DNA of 64,000 nt from Eledone cirrhosa (Eukaryota), in contig OZ024740.1 in the NCBI GenBank assembly GCA_964016885.1, positions 175,646,001 through 175,710,000 of the forward strand. Reading direction: 5' to 3'. Both the position numbers and the translations under genes were made by a program. The notes under the pieces are model-generated. The model was not told the origin of the DNA and made no database searches. It was given only the letters and a program-made list of their open reading frames with translations. Each line of letters opens with the position of its first letter. Positions within the stretch are counted from its first letter, which is position 1. This document shows, piece by piece, positions 54,255 to 64,000 of this stretch.

Positions 54255-55283
54255 ATAATAAGGGTTGACGGACCCAGCATATTTATCAATGCCAGTACCA
54301 GTTGTATCTGAGCGCACTCAATGGGCAATGTAAGATACATTACCAGAGTATACACATAGTTATTTGCTTCAACACAACACACTTAAAACGGGTGCCTATA
54401 AGGTTCCCGGACTCTAGTTTCTGTCGCACTAATGCAGCAGTAAGGTGCACTGCACCATCTGTCTGCATATATTATGCAACAATGCACAATCGGCTTATGC
54501 GGCTTCATCAGCGGGTATCGCCTAATCAATAACCAATCGATCGACAGAATCCAAACACCGGCCCATGCCGATCATGACTGTTTGTGAGAACCGACACGGT
54601 AAAGCTATTAGCAACTGGCACCCGATAGGGCTCTATCTCTCAACTAGCCACTGATTTACACATTTTACGCGGGGGACGGGAAGCTAAAAAGAATCAATTT
54701 TTTATTTCCTGTCAGAAGCACTCAGCCAACGTATCTCACACACAAATTATCAAGGTGTAAAAAGATGGCTATTAGAAATAGCAGTTCATATTGATATAAA
54801 ATAGAATGGTAGCATCCGGTTCATGTCGCCAAGCCCCATGGCTAGACGAAAGCGATGGTAACAATGGTAGTGCCAAGAACCTTTAACGGACTTTAAATGC
54901 GATCATCCATTATATAACAATATAGTAGCGAGCTGAAATGTGTCAGCCACGTGCGTAGATAACCAGTCTAATTCACAACTTAAATGAGTGAGAGACAAAA
55001 TTAGTTGCAGGAAAAATAGTGCATATCAAAACAAAAACACAATAAAAAATGAAAAATTGTTTAACTTACTCTCAATATTCCGTTCGTTGGGAGATAATAA
55101 TAATAAGGGTTGACGGACCCAGCATATTTATCAATGTCAGTACCGGTTGTATCTCAGCGCACTCAATGGGCAATGTAAGATACATTACCAGAATATACAC
55201 ATAGTTATTTGCCTCAACACAACACACGCAAAACGGGTGCCTATAAGGTTCCCGGACTCGAGTTTCTGCCGCACTAATGCAAC
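54255..55283 (-). mobile_element. ORF-less HHR element, 845-bp period with ~180-bp terminal direct repeats
   Basis: agggttgacggacccagc... at 54261 and 55106. Confidence 0.85.
54406..54515 (-). ncRNA. Type I hammerhead with ~80-nt stem II insertion
   Basis: cccg-CTGATGA-(~80 nt)-GAAA-ctaga-GTC-cggg. Confidence 0.7.
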
Positions 55284-55353
55284 AATATATTTACAGAAGT
55301 TATATTTAATTTGTTGGGATTCCAACAAGCTTAAATATATATATATATATATA

Positions 55354-55696
55354 CGGTTGTCCCCCGGTATTTGAGAGAGCTACGTTCCTAGAGCACCCGC
55401 GAAGAGTGAAAAACTGTGATATTGGAAGTGGTCCATAAAAGTGCCTTATAAACTTCAAAATATAACGTAAAATATAATAAAAAAGAAGGACCGTCCAATA
55501 GGTCGGCAATTACGGTATATTGTTATTAATAATTTAGCGTTAAAAAATATATATTGCCACGAAAAAGCCATTAAAAAATCGTGGAAGATATTTATAATTC
55601 CGCGTACATGCGGTGGTTTCTACCAACAATGATTAGTTCTAAGTTCTGAGGAAAATTCAGCGAATAACCGGGAGCACGAATGCCGAAGGTACACTT
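55354..55696. mobile_element. Tigger/pogo-like MITE, decayed
   Basis: TA|cggttgtcccccggtatt...acgttcc...cccgcgaa at the left end; gcgaataac...gaatgccgaaggtacact at the right end. Confidence 0.55.
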
Positions 55697-55913
55697 TATA
55701 CATACAATCTGGAGCTATGGTCAATATAGGTCCTTGAAACTTTAGGTAGCGCTTTTGTTCCGTGTATGAGCATAAATAGATAATATATCAGCTCTCAAAC
55801 CTGATTGAACATTGTTTCCCTTATTCCTCTTTCACATACACGGATATTTTACTACACACACACACGCACACACACACACACAGACACACACACACACATA
55901 CACACACACACAC

Positions 55914-56244
<331 letters not shown>

Positions 56245-56425
56245 TATTACTCCAAGAACCACCTGCATAGGGGAGCTCTCTTAAACTGACCACCTGACTA
56301 ACGAAACATCTTGTGTCAAACAACGCCGTACTTTAAAACTATCCTCAACACAGAGTACTCACGACCTCTAGCTGAATTACCTTAAACGATACCTTATTAT
56401 CCTATATATATATATATATATATGC

Positions 56426-57145
56426 GTTATAAGCAGCGAAATATCACGATAAATTAACGGATCCATAGACTCTCGTTATTCCCTGTAAATAAATGTGCTC
56501 AAAGGAAAAGGAATCCTGAGCTCTTTAAAATACAATATGTTGAAAGGGTAATACACTATAGAGAGAGAATAACGAAAGTCTATAGCTCCGTTAATTTATC
56601 GTGATATTTCGCTCCTTATAACAGTATTTCCTCTCTCTCTGTTTGGTTGAGCACATTACTTTGAATGGTTTTTTGGGGCTGCTCTTTCTAGCAGCTCGTT
56701 CCTCAGATACCACTGGTTCACTGCCCTGCGCACGCTGGCACATCTATCTGCCGCGTGTTGCTGGACGATCCTCTTAGATTCTCTAAGAGTTGTCTGGAAT
56801 GTATAGTCTTGCACGCGCTGGTGACCCATAAGCTATTCCATTTCAGTCAACATCTCCCTGGCGAAACAGATCTCTTTGGATTTGTACGCGTGTGTTATAT
56901 AGTTATAGAGGTGCGTATTTATATTTTTAATTATTGTATGTCTTCTCAGTCTTCCATAGGTTATAGATTCCATACACTGGTGGTTTTCCCTGTTTTATTG
57001 ATGGCAAACTATCTCTCTCTTTCTCTCTCTCTCTAGTGTGTTACCCTTTCAACATATTGTATTTTAAAGAGTTCGGGATGCCTTTTCCTTGAGCACATTT
57101 TTCACAGGGAATAACAAGAGTCTATGGGTCCGTTAATTTATCGTG
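56426..57145. mobile_element. ~540-bp partial-tandem unit with an inverted junction copy
   Basis: 56567-56604 is repeated at 57109-57145. 56426-56565 is the inverse of 57034-57145 plus 56605-56622. Confidence 0.7.
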
Positions 57146-57191
57146 TTATATGTATATTCTACAGGACTAGAACTGTTTCATTCCGGAGCCT

Positions 57192-57254
<63 letters not shown>

Positions 57255-57262
<8 letters not shown>

Positions 57263-57974
57263 TGGATGAATACTTCAACAGGTACTATGTACTTGTAGAA
57301 ATATGCAAGTTGTTTATAATATTTGTGGTTCAATGGTACTAATTCGAGATACCAGAACAATATAAAAAGTAGCGGAGCAAGCGTTTATCAAACAATTCTC
57401 TAAATAAATTAAAAAACGATTTAAATAATCACCTGTTCTATTGCTGTTACCGACGGTTTCATCATTCCGAAAGATTGGAAATCCAGAGAATTTCCAATGG
57501 AAAGAAATGAATCTTCAGACAGCCTATTTCCACACTATAAGGTTGCCAGCCCTACAGTAAGTAAATATTTCGCTTCCTGCCCAACGCATGCGGTCAAGCC
57601 GTTAAAATGACACACACGCAAAATCAGGTCGCAGATAATAGCTGTTTATTATAAACATGTTGATATTGCCACTAAAATTAGCAGCATTATTCAACGTTTT
57701 GTTCCCTACATAAGGAGAAAAATTATAAAAGTGGATGAATACTTCAACAGGTACTATGTACTTGTAGAAATATGCAAGTTGTTTATAATATTTGTGGTTC
57801 AATGATACTAATTCGAGATACCGGAACAATATAAAAAGTAGCGGAGCAAGCGGTTATCAAACAATTCTCTAAATAAATTAAAAAACGATTGAAATAATCA
57901 CCTGTTCTATTGCTGTTACCGACGGTTTCATCATTCCGAAACGTTTTGTTCTCTACATAAGGAGAAAAATTATA
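57255..57974 (-). mobile_element. Retrozyme-like element, 469-bp period, ~1.5 copies
   Basis: tataaaagtggatgaatacttc... at 57255 and 57724, a ~217-bp repeat. Flanked by (TA)n; no ORF. Confidence 0.88.
57443..57523 (-). ncRNA. Type I hammerhead ribozyme with extended stem II
   Basis: gctgt-CTGAAGA-ttcatttc...attggaaat/atttccaat...ggaatgat-GAAA-ccgtcg-GTA-acagc. Confidence 0.9.
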
Positions 57975-58019
57975 TATATATAAGTAAGTTTTGAAACAGC
58001 GAGCAAGTTTGTAATTAGA

Positions 58020-58212
58020 AAATAGAAGCGTTCACCGTATTTTTTTTATTAAAGAAATTTTAGCCTGATAGTGGGGTTTAGAACCCTCAGAGAAATGGAA
58101 AAAGATGAGTATGTACGTCAATACTCATCTTTTTCCATTTCTCTGAGGGTTCTAAACCCCACTATCAGGCTAAAATTTCTTTAGTCAAAAAATACGGTGA
58201 AAGCTTCTATTT
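58020..58212. repeat. Fold-back palindrome (~93 bp arms, 8-nt loop)
   Basis: aaatagaag...gatgagtat|gtacgtca|atactcatc...cttctattt, between TA tracts. Confidence 0.9.
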
Positions 58213-58866
58213 ATATATATATATTATATATATATATATTATATATATATTATATATATGTTTACAAATGTTTCTTTAGTAGTTACACAGCCTAGACATT
58301 CTATATGCAAATTGGTAGTTATTAATTTGCAGATACTCAATTTGGTGGTGCGAACACCGGTTCGCACCACCAAATCTTCAGAACGAATGGCTAAATCATG
58401 GTTTCTTTATATTCCTTAAAGGGAGTTATTGGGGAAGATAGAGTAGAAAAGGAAGAGAGAAAGAAAGGGAGAGAGAGAGAGAGAGAGAGAGAGATCTAAA
58501 TTTTGTGATAGGGGTCCAACAAGTAATTTTATTATACTGCTTACTCTCAAAGCGACAACTTAGGCATTGTGTTGATATTATCAAGTTTGGAATTATTTAT
58601 TGCTACAGAGAGCAGGTTAATAGATGTAGGAAGATAGACAGAGAGCGAGAGAGAGAGAGAGACTGGGGGGGGGGGGGGCAGAAAAAAGTTAAGAGAAGGG
58701 GAAGGTAAGGGGATATACACCGAGTTGATATTTGTAGTTTGCTGATCGTACTTAAGTATCCATTTATTACGATAAGCAAGGTACTGGTTAGCAGTGTGGA
58801 GGGATATAGTTAGGAAGTAAGTATTGAGTGAAATTAGTTAGCGAGAAAGTGGTGTAATAGTTCAAA

Positions 58867-60650
58867 TTATGCTAAGTTACTTTTATAGTGAGAAACTTTA
58901 GCCTTCAGTTTGTGGTTGCAGTATAACGATCGTTCGATTCTGTCATTTAGTAAATTGTTTTTAGATTTCAAGATATAAAAAAGTTCAAGATTGCATAATC
59001 TGCAGTATTTTAATCCACTCCGATATGCACTAGCGCTGGATAATTTATCCCATTTTAGGGTGAACTACCGGTTGTATTCATGGAGTTGCCAGGTCTTATT
59101 AGCGAGTGTAGATACATAACGGTGTTCAGGATGTTTAATCGAAAATCGATGACGATACCAGCGTGATTTAAAGGAAGTTTTGTCGTTTGATTCGACAGTG
59201 CATTGATAAACAATGTTCGACTCCAGGCATTTATTTTTCAATGGGCATCTCTCGGGTAGGTGGCAATTACAGTTTTTGTTATGGGTAACAACTCTACCAT
59301 GGATAGGTTGGGATAACAGTACAAGTGGGTTGTGTAATACTTGTCTCCCATTTGGTGGTTGGGAAGTTGATATTACGTTATGCCCATCTGTGTCTAAAAT
59401 ATTTTGTTTTGTAGTGTTGTTTAATAATCGCTTTAAGTTAAGTTTTTTTATGTGAGCTTCTAGGTTTGGTGCAGTGGAGTATGATAGCTTAACAGTCTTA
59501 GAGATTAGAATGTTACTGTATTTATGGGAATTAAGGAAATGGTTGTTAATTAACTTAAAGAATAAAAGAGATAGTTTTATTTGAGTTTGGTGATGATTTT
59601 CTATTATTAGTATGTCTGGTGATACTGCCTGTGTGTGTTTGTATGCCTGTGCCCCGGTTACATATTCTTCGATTCGATTCCGTGTGTTCCTATGTGTGCT
59701 CTGGTGATTCTTATCAATGTATTCTATTTTATCCCGGTTGTCAGCATTCCCCAGTGCGTTATTATAGTATTCTCCATGTTCGCTGAAAATCTGAGAGTTA
59801 GACGATAGGCGAGAGATTCTAAGAGAAATACTACGAGGAACCGATTTAATCAGAAAGTGTGTGATTCGAGTTGTAATTAATATAGGTAAGGTTCTCGTTT
59901 ATCTTGTGGAAGGTTCGTATCAATCCTGTGTTCAAATTAAGAGTTACGTCTAGAAAATTCGCTTCTTTAAGATTGTATTCGTACGTTATTTTCAGATCCA
60001 GTTCGCTCAAAGATTTCTTAATGTTTTTGCGTAGCCTTTCAATATTCCGGTTATTTAAGTTATTTACTAATAGAAGTACGCCGTTTCTATATATTCCCCC
60101 CTGTAGATTATTAAATTTTCCATGTAGTATGTGGGCTATGTAAATTCCCACAAGATTCGTGACATCCGCTGAATCATTGGAGCCCATAGTGATGTCGAAG
60201 TTAGTGGGTCTATCCTTACGCTCCCAGTAGCAGTTATCAAACTTGATAATAGTTTACCTAGCCTCTAGAATAATATTAATTTCGTCTTCCATTAGGTCTG
60301 AATTGACATTGGCAAACGATAGGGCCTTACGTAAAGTACTGGGCGAGATCAAAGAGTAGTATTCATCTATATTGAATTGTATAAACTTAGACTTATTCTT
60401 GTTCTTAACGTTATTAAACCAGCAAATTGCTTCGCTAGTGTTGCACCATAATTTAATTTTTATTTTCTCTTTCAATCGAGTTATTACCCTGTCAAGTATA
60501 TGTATGCTAATTTTTCCTATGTCTGATTTAGAAGGGCATATAAGTCTAATCTTAGGGTTAGAGTAAAAATTTACCTTACGGTCCTTCACGTTAAAGGTGG
60601 GGGTGGCGGGTGTAATCGGCTCGGTCGGTTCTATCGTCTATCTTGAGATT
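58867..60650 (-). pseudogene. Naiad-type PLE RT + GIY-YIG, 5'-truncated and decayed
   Basis: RLICPSKSDIG, QFNIDEYY, TMGSNDSA, IYRNG, FLDVTLNL, CNCHLPERCPLKNKC, IVY (the YIG segment is deleted), CRLC and CNH. Confidence 0.88.
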
Positions 60651-60686
60651 TTTCACTATTTTATATGCCTCGTTATTAATGTCGTT

Positions 60687-60796
<110 letters not shown>

Positions 60797-61189
60797 GTGT
60801 ATATATATATATATGTATATATATATATAGAGAGAAAAATACTGCAGGTAGCGCATGGATATCATGTAATAAAATGAGTCCCTCATCAGTGATTTGCCGA
60901 CGAACATAGATATTTCATTGCATTAAATATATATATATAGGGAAAAAAAGATGTGTAGTACACCTCGGTTATTTTTCATTTTGTAAAAAAAACCTCACTT
61001 TCTAATATATAATATATATATATATATAGAAAGGCTACGGAATGAAACAGTTCTAATCCTGTAGAACCCTTTCTATATTAAATATTTATACTCACCTTTG
61101 TATTGAGTACCTTACTTACTGTGGTTACCCCTGATTGAACCCTGGATAAACTCATATATATATAAATATATATATATATGGAGAATATG

Positions 61190-61665
61190 ATGGCTGAATA
61201 GTTGCTAGTTAAGTTAAGCTTAAAACTGAAATGAGAATAAGAAGAAAGCAAGAACGGGGGGGGCGTTCCTCAACAGTTTTCTACTGGTGGTCTCAGATAT
61301 TTCAACGCTTTAAAGACAATATATCTACCCCCAAAGCGTTCAATTACTGGGTAAGTTATTGGGAAAACGGAGGAGGGAGAAAAGGAAAATAAAATAGAAG
61401 GGAAAGGGGGAAGAAAAGAGAAAACAGCAAAAAACAAAACCGAGGAATATGCAAGCAACTGAAGGTTAGAAAATCCAAGACCACAGTGGTAACAGAACTT
61501 AAGTTCGAGAGCGTGTGATCGAACGAAAAGACACGACTGACCCAAGCGGGTGTAAGTGAGAAAGGGACTGCAAGAAGGTCAGGCGAGGGAAACCTTGAGG
61601 TGGCCGGAAGAGAGGGGGTGAACGAAAGTGAGAGGGAGAAAGGGAGAGGGCGAAGAGTAGATAGT
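61190..61665 (-). repeat. Diverged copy of the pyrimidine-rich dispersed repeat
   Basis: taagttattggga and gaacttaagttcga are shared with 1058-1070 and 32138-32260. Confidence 0.5.
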
Positions 61666-61902
61666 AACGAAACCATTGTTTATACTTTTTGCTTTTGTGT
61701 GCCATCACTTGCATCTGCATCTTGTGAAAAAATCTGCCTGTACCCTAGTATTTAGCTGTAGTGCTTAATAACTACACCAACATGTACTCTCTCCTTATTC
61801 GACATCTCCAATCTGCCGATTTTTACCCTCTATTGTATTCCAATTGTTTGTGTGACTAATCTTGGTAGAGCTTATACTCAGCACTGTGTTTTTATTTATT
61901 AA

Positions 61903-61947
61903 GCTCTGATGATTCCTGTCCAACAGTATGGATGAAACATTGTCAGC
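61903..61947 (+). ncRNA. Type I hammerhead ribozyme
   Basis: gct-CTGATGA-ttcctgtccaacagtatggat-GAAA-catt-GTC-agc-aaataaa. Confidence 0.8.
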
Positions 61948-61953
61948 AAATAA

Positions 61954-62107
61954 AAACTGTTTGAGTATGTAAGCGTTCTTTGATTTCTTTTAAATATAAC
62001 GGCTCTGTTCTCGTACATTGAGCTTATACAATACTGTCAAAATACGACACGGTACATGTGTGTTTATGCACATACGCTCCGTGCTCTACGTAAATATGTA
62101 TGTATAT

Positions 62108-62203
<96 letters not shown>

Positions 62204-62362
62204 GTATGTATATATACATACATATTTACGTAGAGCACGGAGCGTATGTGCATAAACACACATCATGTACCGTGTCGTATTTTGACAGTATTGTATAAGC
62301 TCAATGTACGAGAACAGAGCCGTTATATGTAAAAGAAATCAAAGAACGCTTACATACTCAAA

Positions 62363-62368
<6 letters not shown>
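61954..62368. repeat. ~160-bp inverted repeats (tail-to-tail pLTR ends) around a (TA)n spacer
   Basis: aaactgtttgagtatgtaagcg...ctacgtaaatatg (TA)n catatttacgtag...catactcaaacagttt. Confidence 0.9.
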
Positions 62369-62399
<31 letters not shown>

Positions 62400-62404
<5 letters not shown>

Positions 62405-62533
62405 ATACTTTGGGAGGGTCATGTTGCCAATAAGAAACACAAGCACCAATTGCTTTCACTCCAATTTATTATAAATTAAATTTATAAATTTAAGAATTTA
62501 TAAATTTCCGGTTGGTTGGTTGGTTCCACAACC
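62400..62533 (-). mobile_element. Solo 3' end of the 51.1-51.46 kb pLTR
   Basis: Reverse complement of 51330-51463. Confidence 0.85.
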
Positions 62534-63483
62534 TTAGGGAGGGACGGGTACACTAGTCTTTACCTGAATCTCACTTCTGGCTCCGAGACCTTTCAGTCTC
62601 ACCCCGGTAAGTGCTTCTGCTGACTGACTAAACTTAGTGAGTAACTGGATATTTGGAGAGGAGATGGTACCATCAAGCATGTCTAAGGCCCACAGAAATG
62701 TTATGATAGCCAAAAATAACATGCTGGATTGGTTGAGCCCCGGAAACCAGTTACTGCGCTATCGACTGCTATATCTCAAGGTGAAGGCTGGGACGTCAAC
62801 GATATTTTGCATTCTTATTTTTGAACGTTGTAATTTGCAATTTACATGTTCCATTTGGAACATCGGATTCTGAGGGTCGAACTTTGTATCGACTACCTGG
62901 CATTATATTATATTAAATTCTATGGTTGAACAGGTAAATATTTGAAGTACACTAAAGTGGTGACAAAACGCGTTGGTAAGTTTGATTTTAGTGAAAATCG
63001 TAGAGGGATTGATGGGGTGGTAATCCAGATCGTCCCGGGTTTCCCCGCGCTCATATGGTAGACTCGCGTATCGATTGTCTATGTGCATGGCTGTGTGTAT
63101 AATTTCATATGATGTTTAGATGTTTCTTTTTGAATGTAAGGCTAATTGAGCAGGGAGAATGTGTCTGTGGAACGGAGATGTTCAGTTGGAATTTTTGTCA
63201 TGTTTCCGGTTTATGGATACGTGTATTTATATTCCTGTACACATTCAGGCACCATCCACACACACACATATATGTGCGTTGTAAACATTGTTATGGGTTC
63301 TTGGAGAAAAGCCTACTGGGATGTGATATGCTTTATATATATATTTGTGAGTTAGAAAATGTCAATATTCTATTCATTCTTATTTTAGTTGTTCTGTGTC
63401 GTGAGGGTTGTTTAGTGATTTAGTAGTAATACAGTGAGTGCCATGTATAAAAGGGTGTGAATTATTCTCTTAGGGTTGTCTGT

Positions 63484-63745
63484 GGACGCAGCATGGTCAA
63501 ATAGTTAAGAAGTTCAACTTGCAATTATTGCGTTCCGAGTTCGATCCGAGTGTCATTTAACTAGCCTTTGATCGATCCAAATCTCGTGAATGAAATTCGA
63601 GACGAAAACTGGATTGGAATCTCATCGGATTGACTGTAGCTCTAAGTCAAGGGGCTAGCCTAGTCACACAATATATGACGCACTGAATCTCCCTGAGAAC
63701 TACATTAAGTGTACCCACGTCTGAGCACTGATCAGCCACATGAGT
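63484..63745 (+). mobile_element. tRNA-derived SINE head and SINE body fragment
   Basis: A-box tggtcaaatagttaag and B-box gagttcgatcc; 63640-63745 resembles the SINE at 28.1 kb. Confidence 0.55.
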
Positions 63746-64000
63746 GCTTCTGAGAGGGTGTGCAGGGCTAAGAGACTCGGTTAAGGTGCTATATTTGTTT
63801 ACAAATGGAAAACCTGACGGGAGCATCCGCACACAAATATATTACAGAGTATTGCATGACGTTACAAAAATGAAAGCTAAAAGACCAAAGAAAAAAAAGA
63901 GCAAGAAATTAATAGAAAACAAACAAAATATTAAATCCACTTACAATAATAAAAGAAACTGAATATGTAATACCAAAGATTCCAAGCATGTATGTGCGTA

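Noticed and set aside
62534-63100. GC-richer stretch that might be coding
   Set aside because: The frames I translated contain stops and no motif I recognise.

Overview
AT-rich, microsatellite-laden animal DNA with no convincing host gene. Most ORFs in the supplied track are artefacts of (TA)n, (CA)n and (TATG)n repeats. The SINE and repeat make-up looks like an octopus or other cephalopod genome; this is an inference. The window is a nest of decayed mobile DNA. It holds at least 7 Penelope-like element (PLE) copies or fragments, mostly Naiad-type RT plus C-terminal GIY-YIG, including one near full-length copy with two pseudo-LTRs (pLTRs) at 19962-24799. It also holds a Tc1 transposon, RTE, R4/Dong and CRE non-LTR fragments, two non-autonomous Helitrons, hAT and Tigger-like MITEs and tRNA-derived SINEs. 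The most striking layer is non-coding. About 25 intact, half or degenerate type I hammerhead ribozyme (HHR) motifs were found by eye. They occur in (i) PLE pLTRs, (ii) ORF-less 0.4-0.85 kb partially tandem 'retrozyme'-like units and (iii) roughly ten 100-560 bp fold-back palindromes, mostly built from HHR-bearing ends and nearly all sitting in (TA)n tracts. Three divergent retrozyme-like units share a conserved ATGCAAAT octamer, then a TATATA 41-43 nt later, then an HHR. This suggests a self-promoting, self-cleaving, PLE-mobilised RNA family. All calls are by manual reading; coordinates may be off by a few bases.
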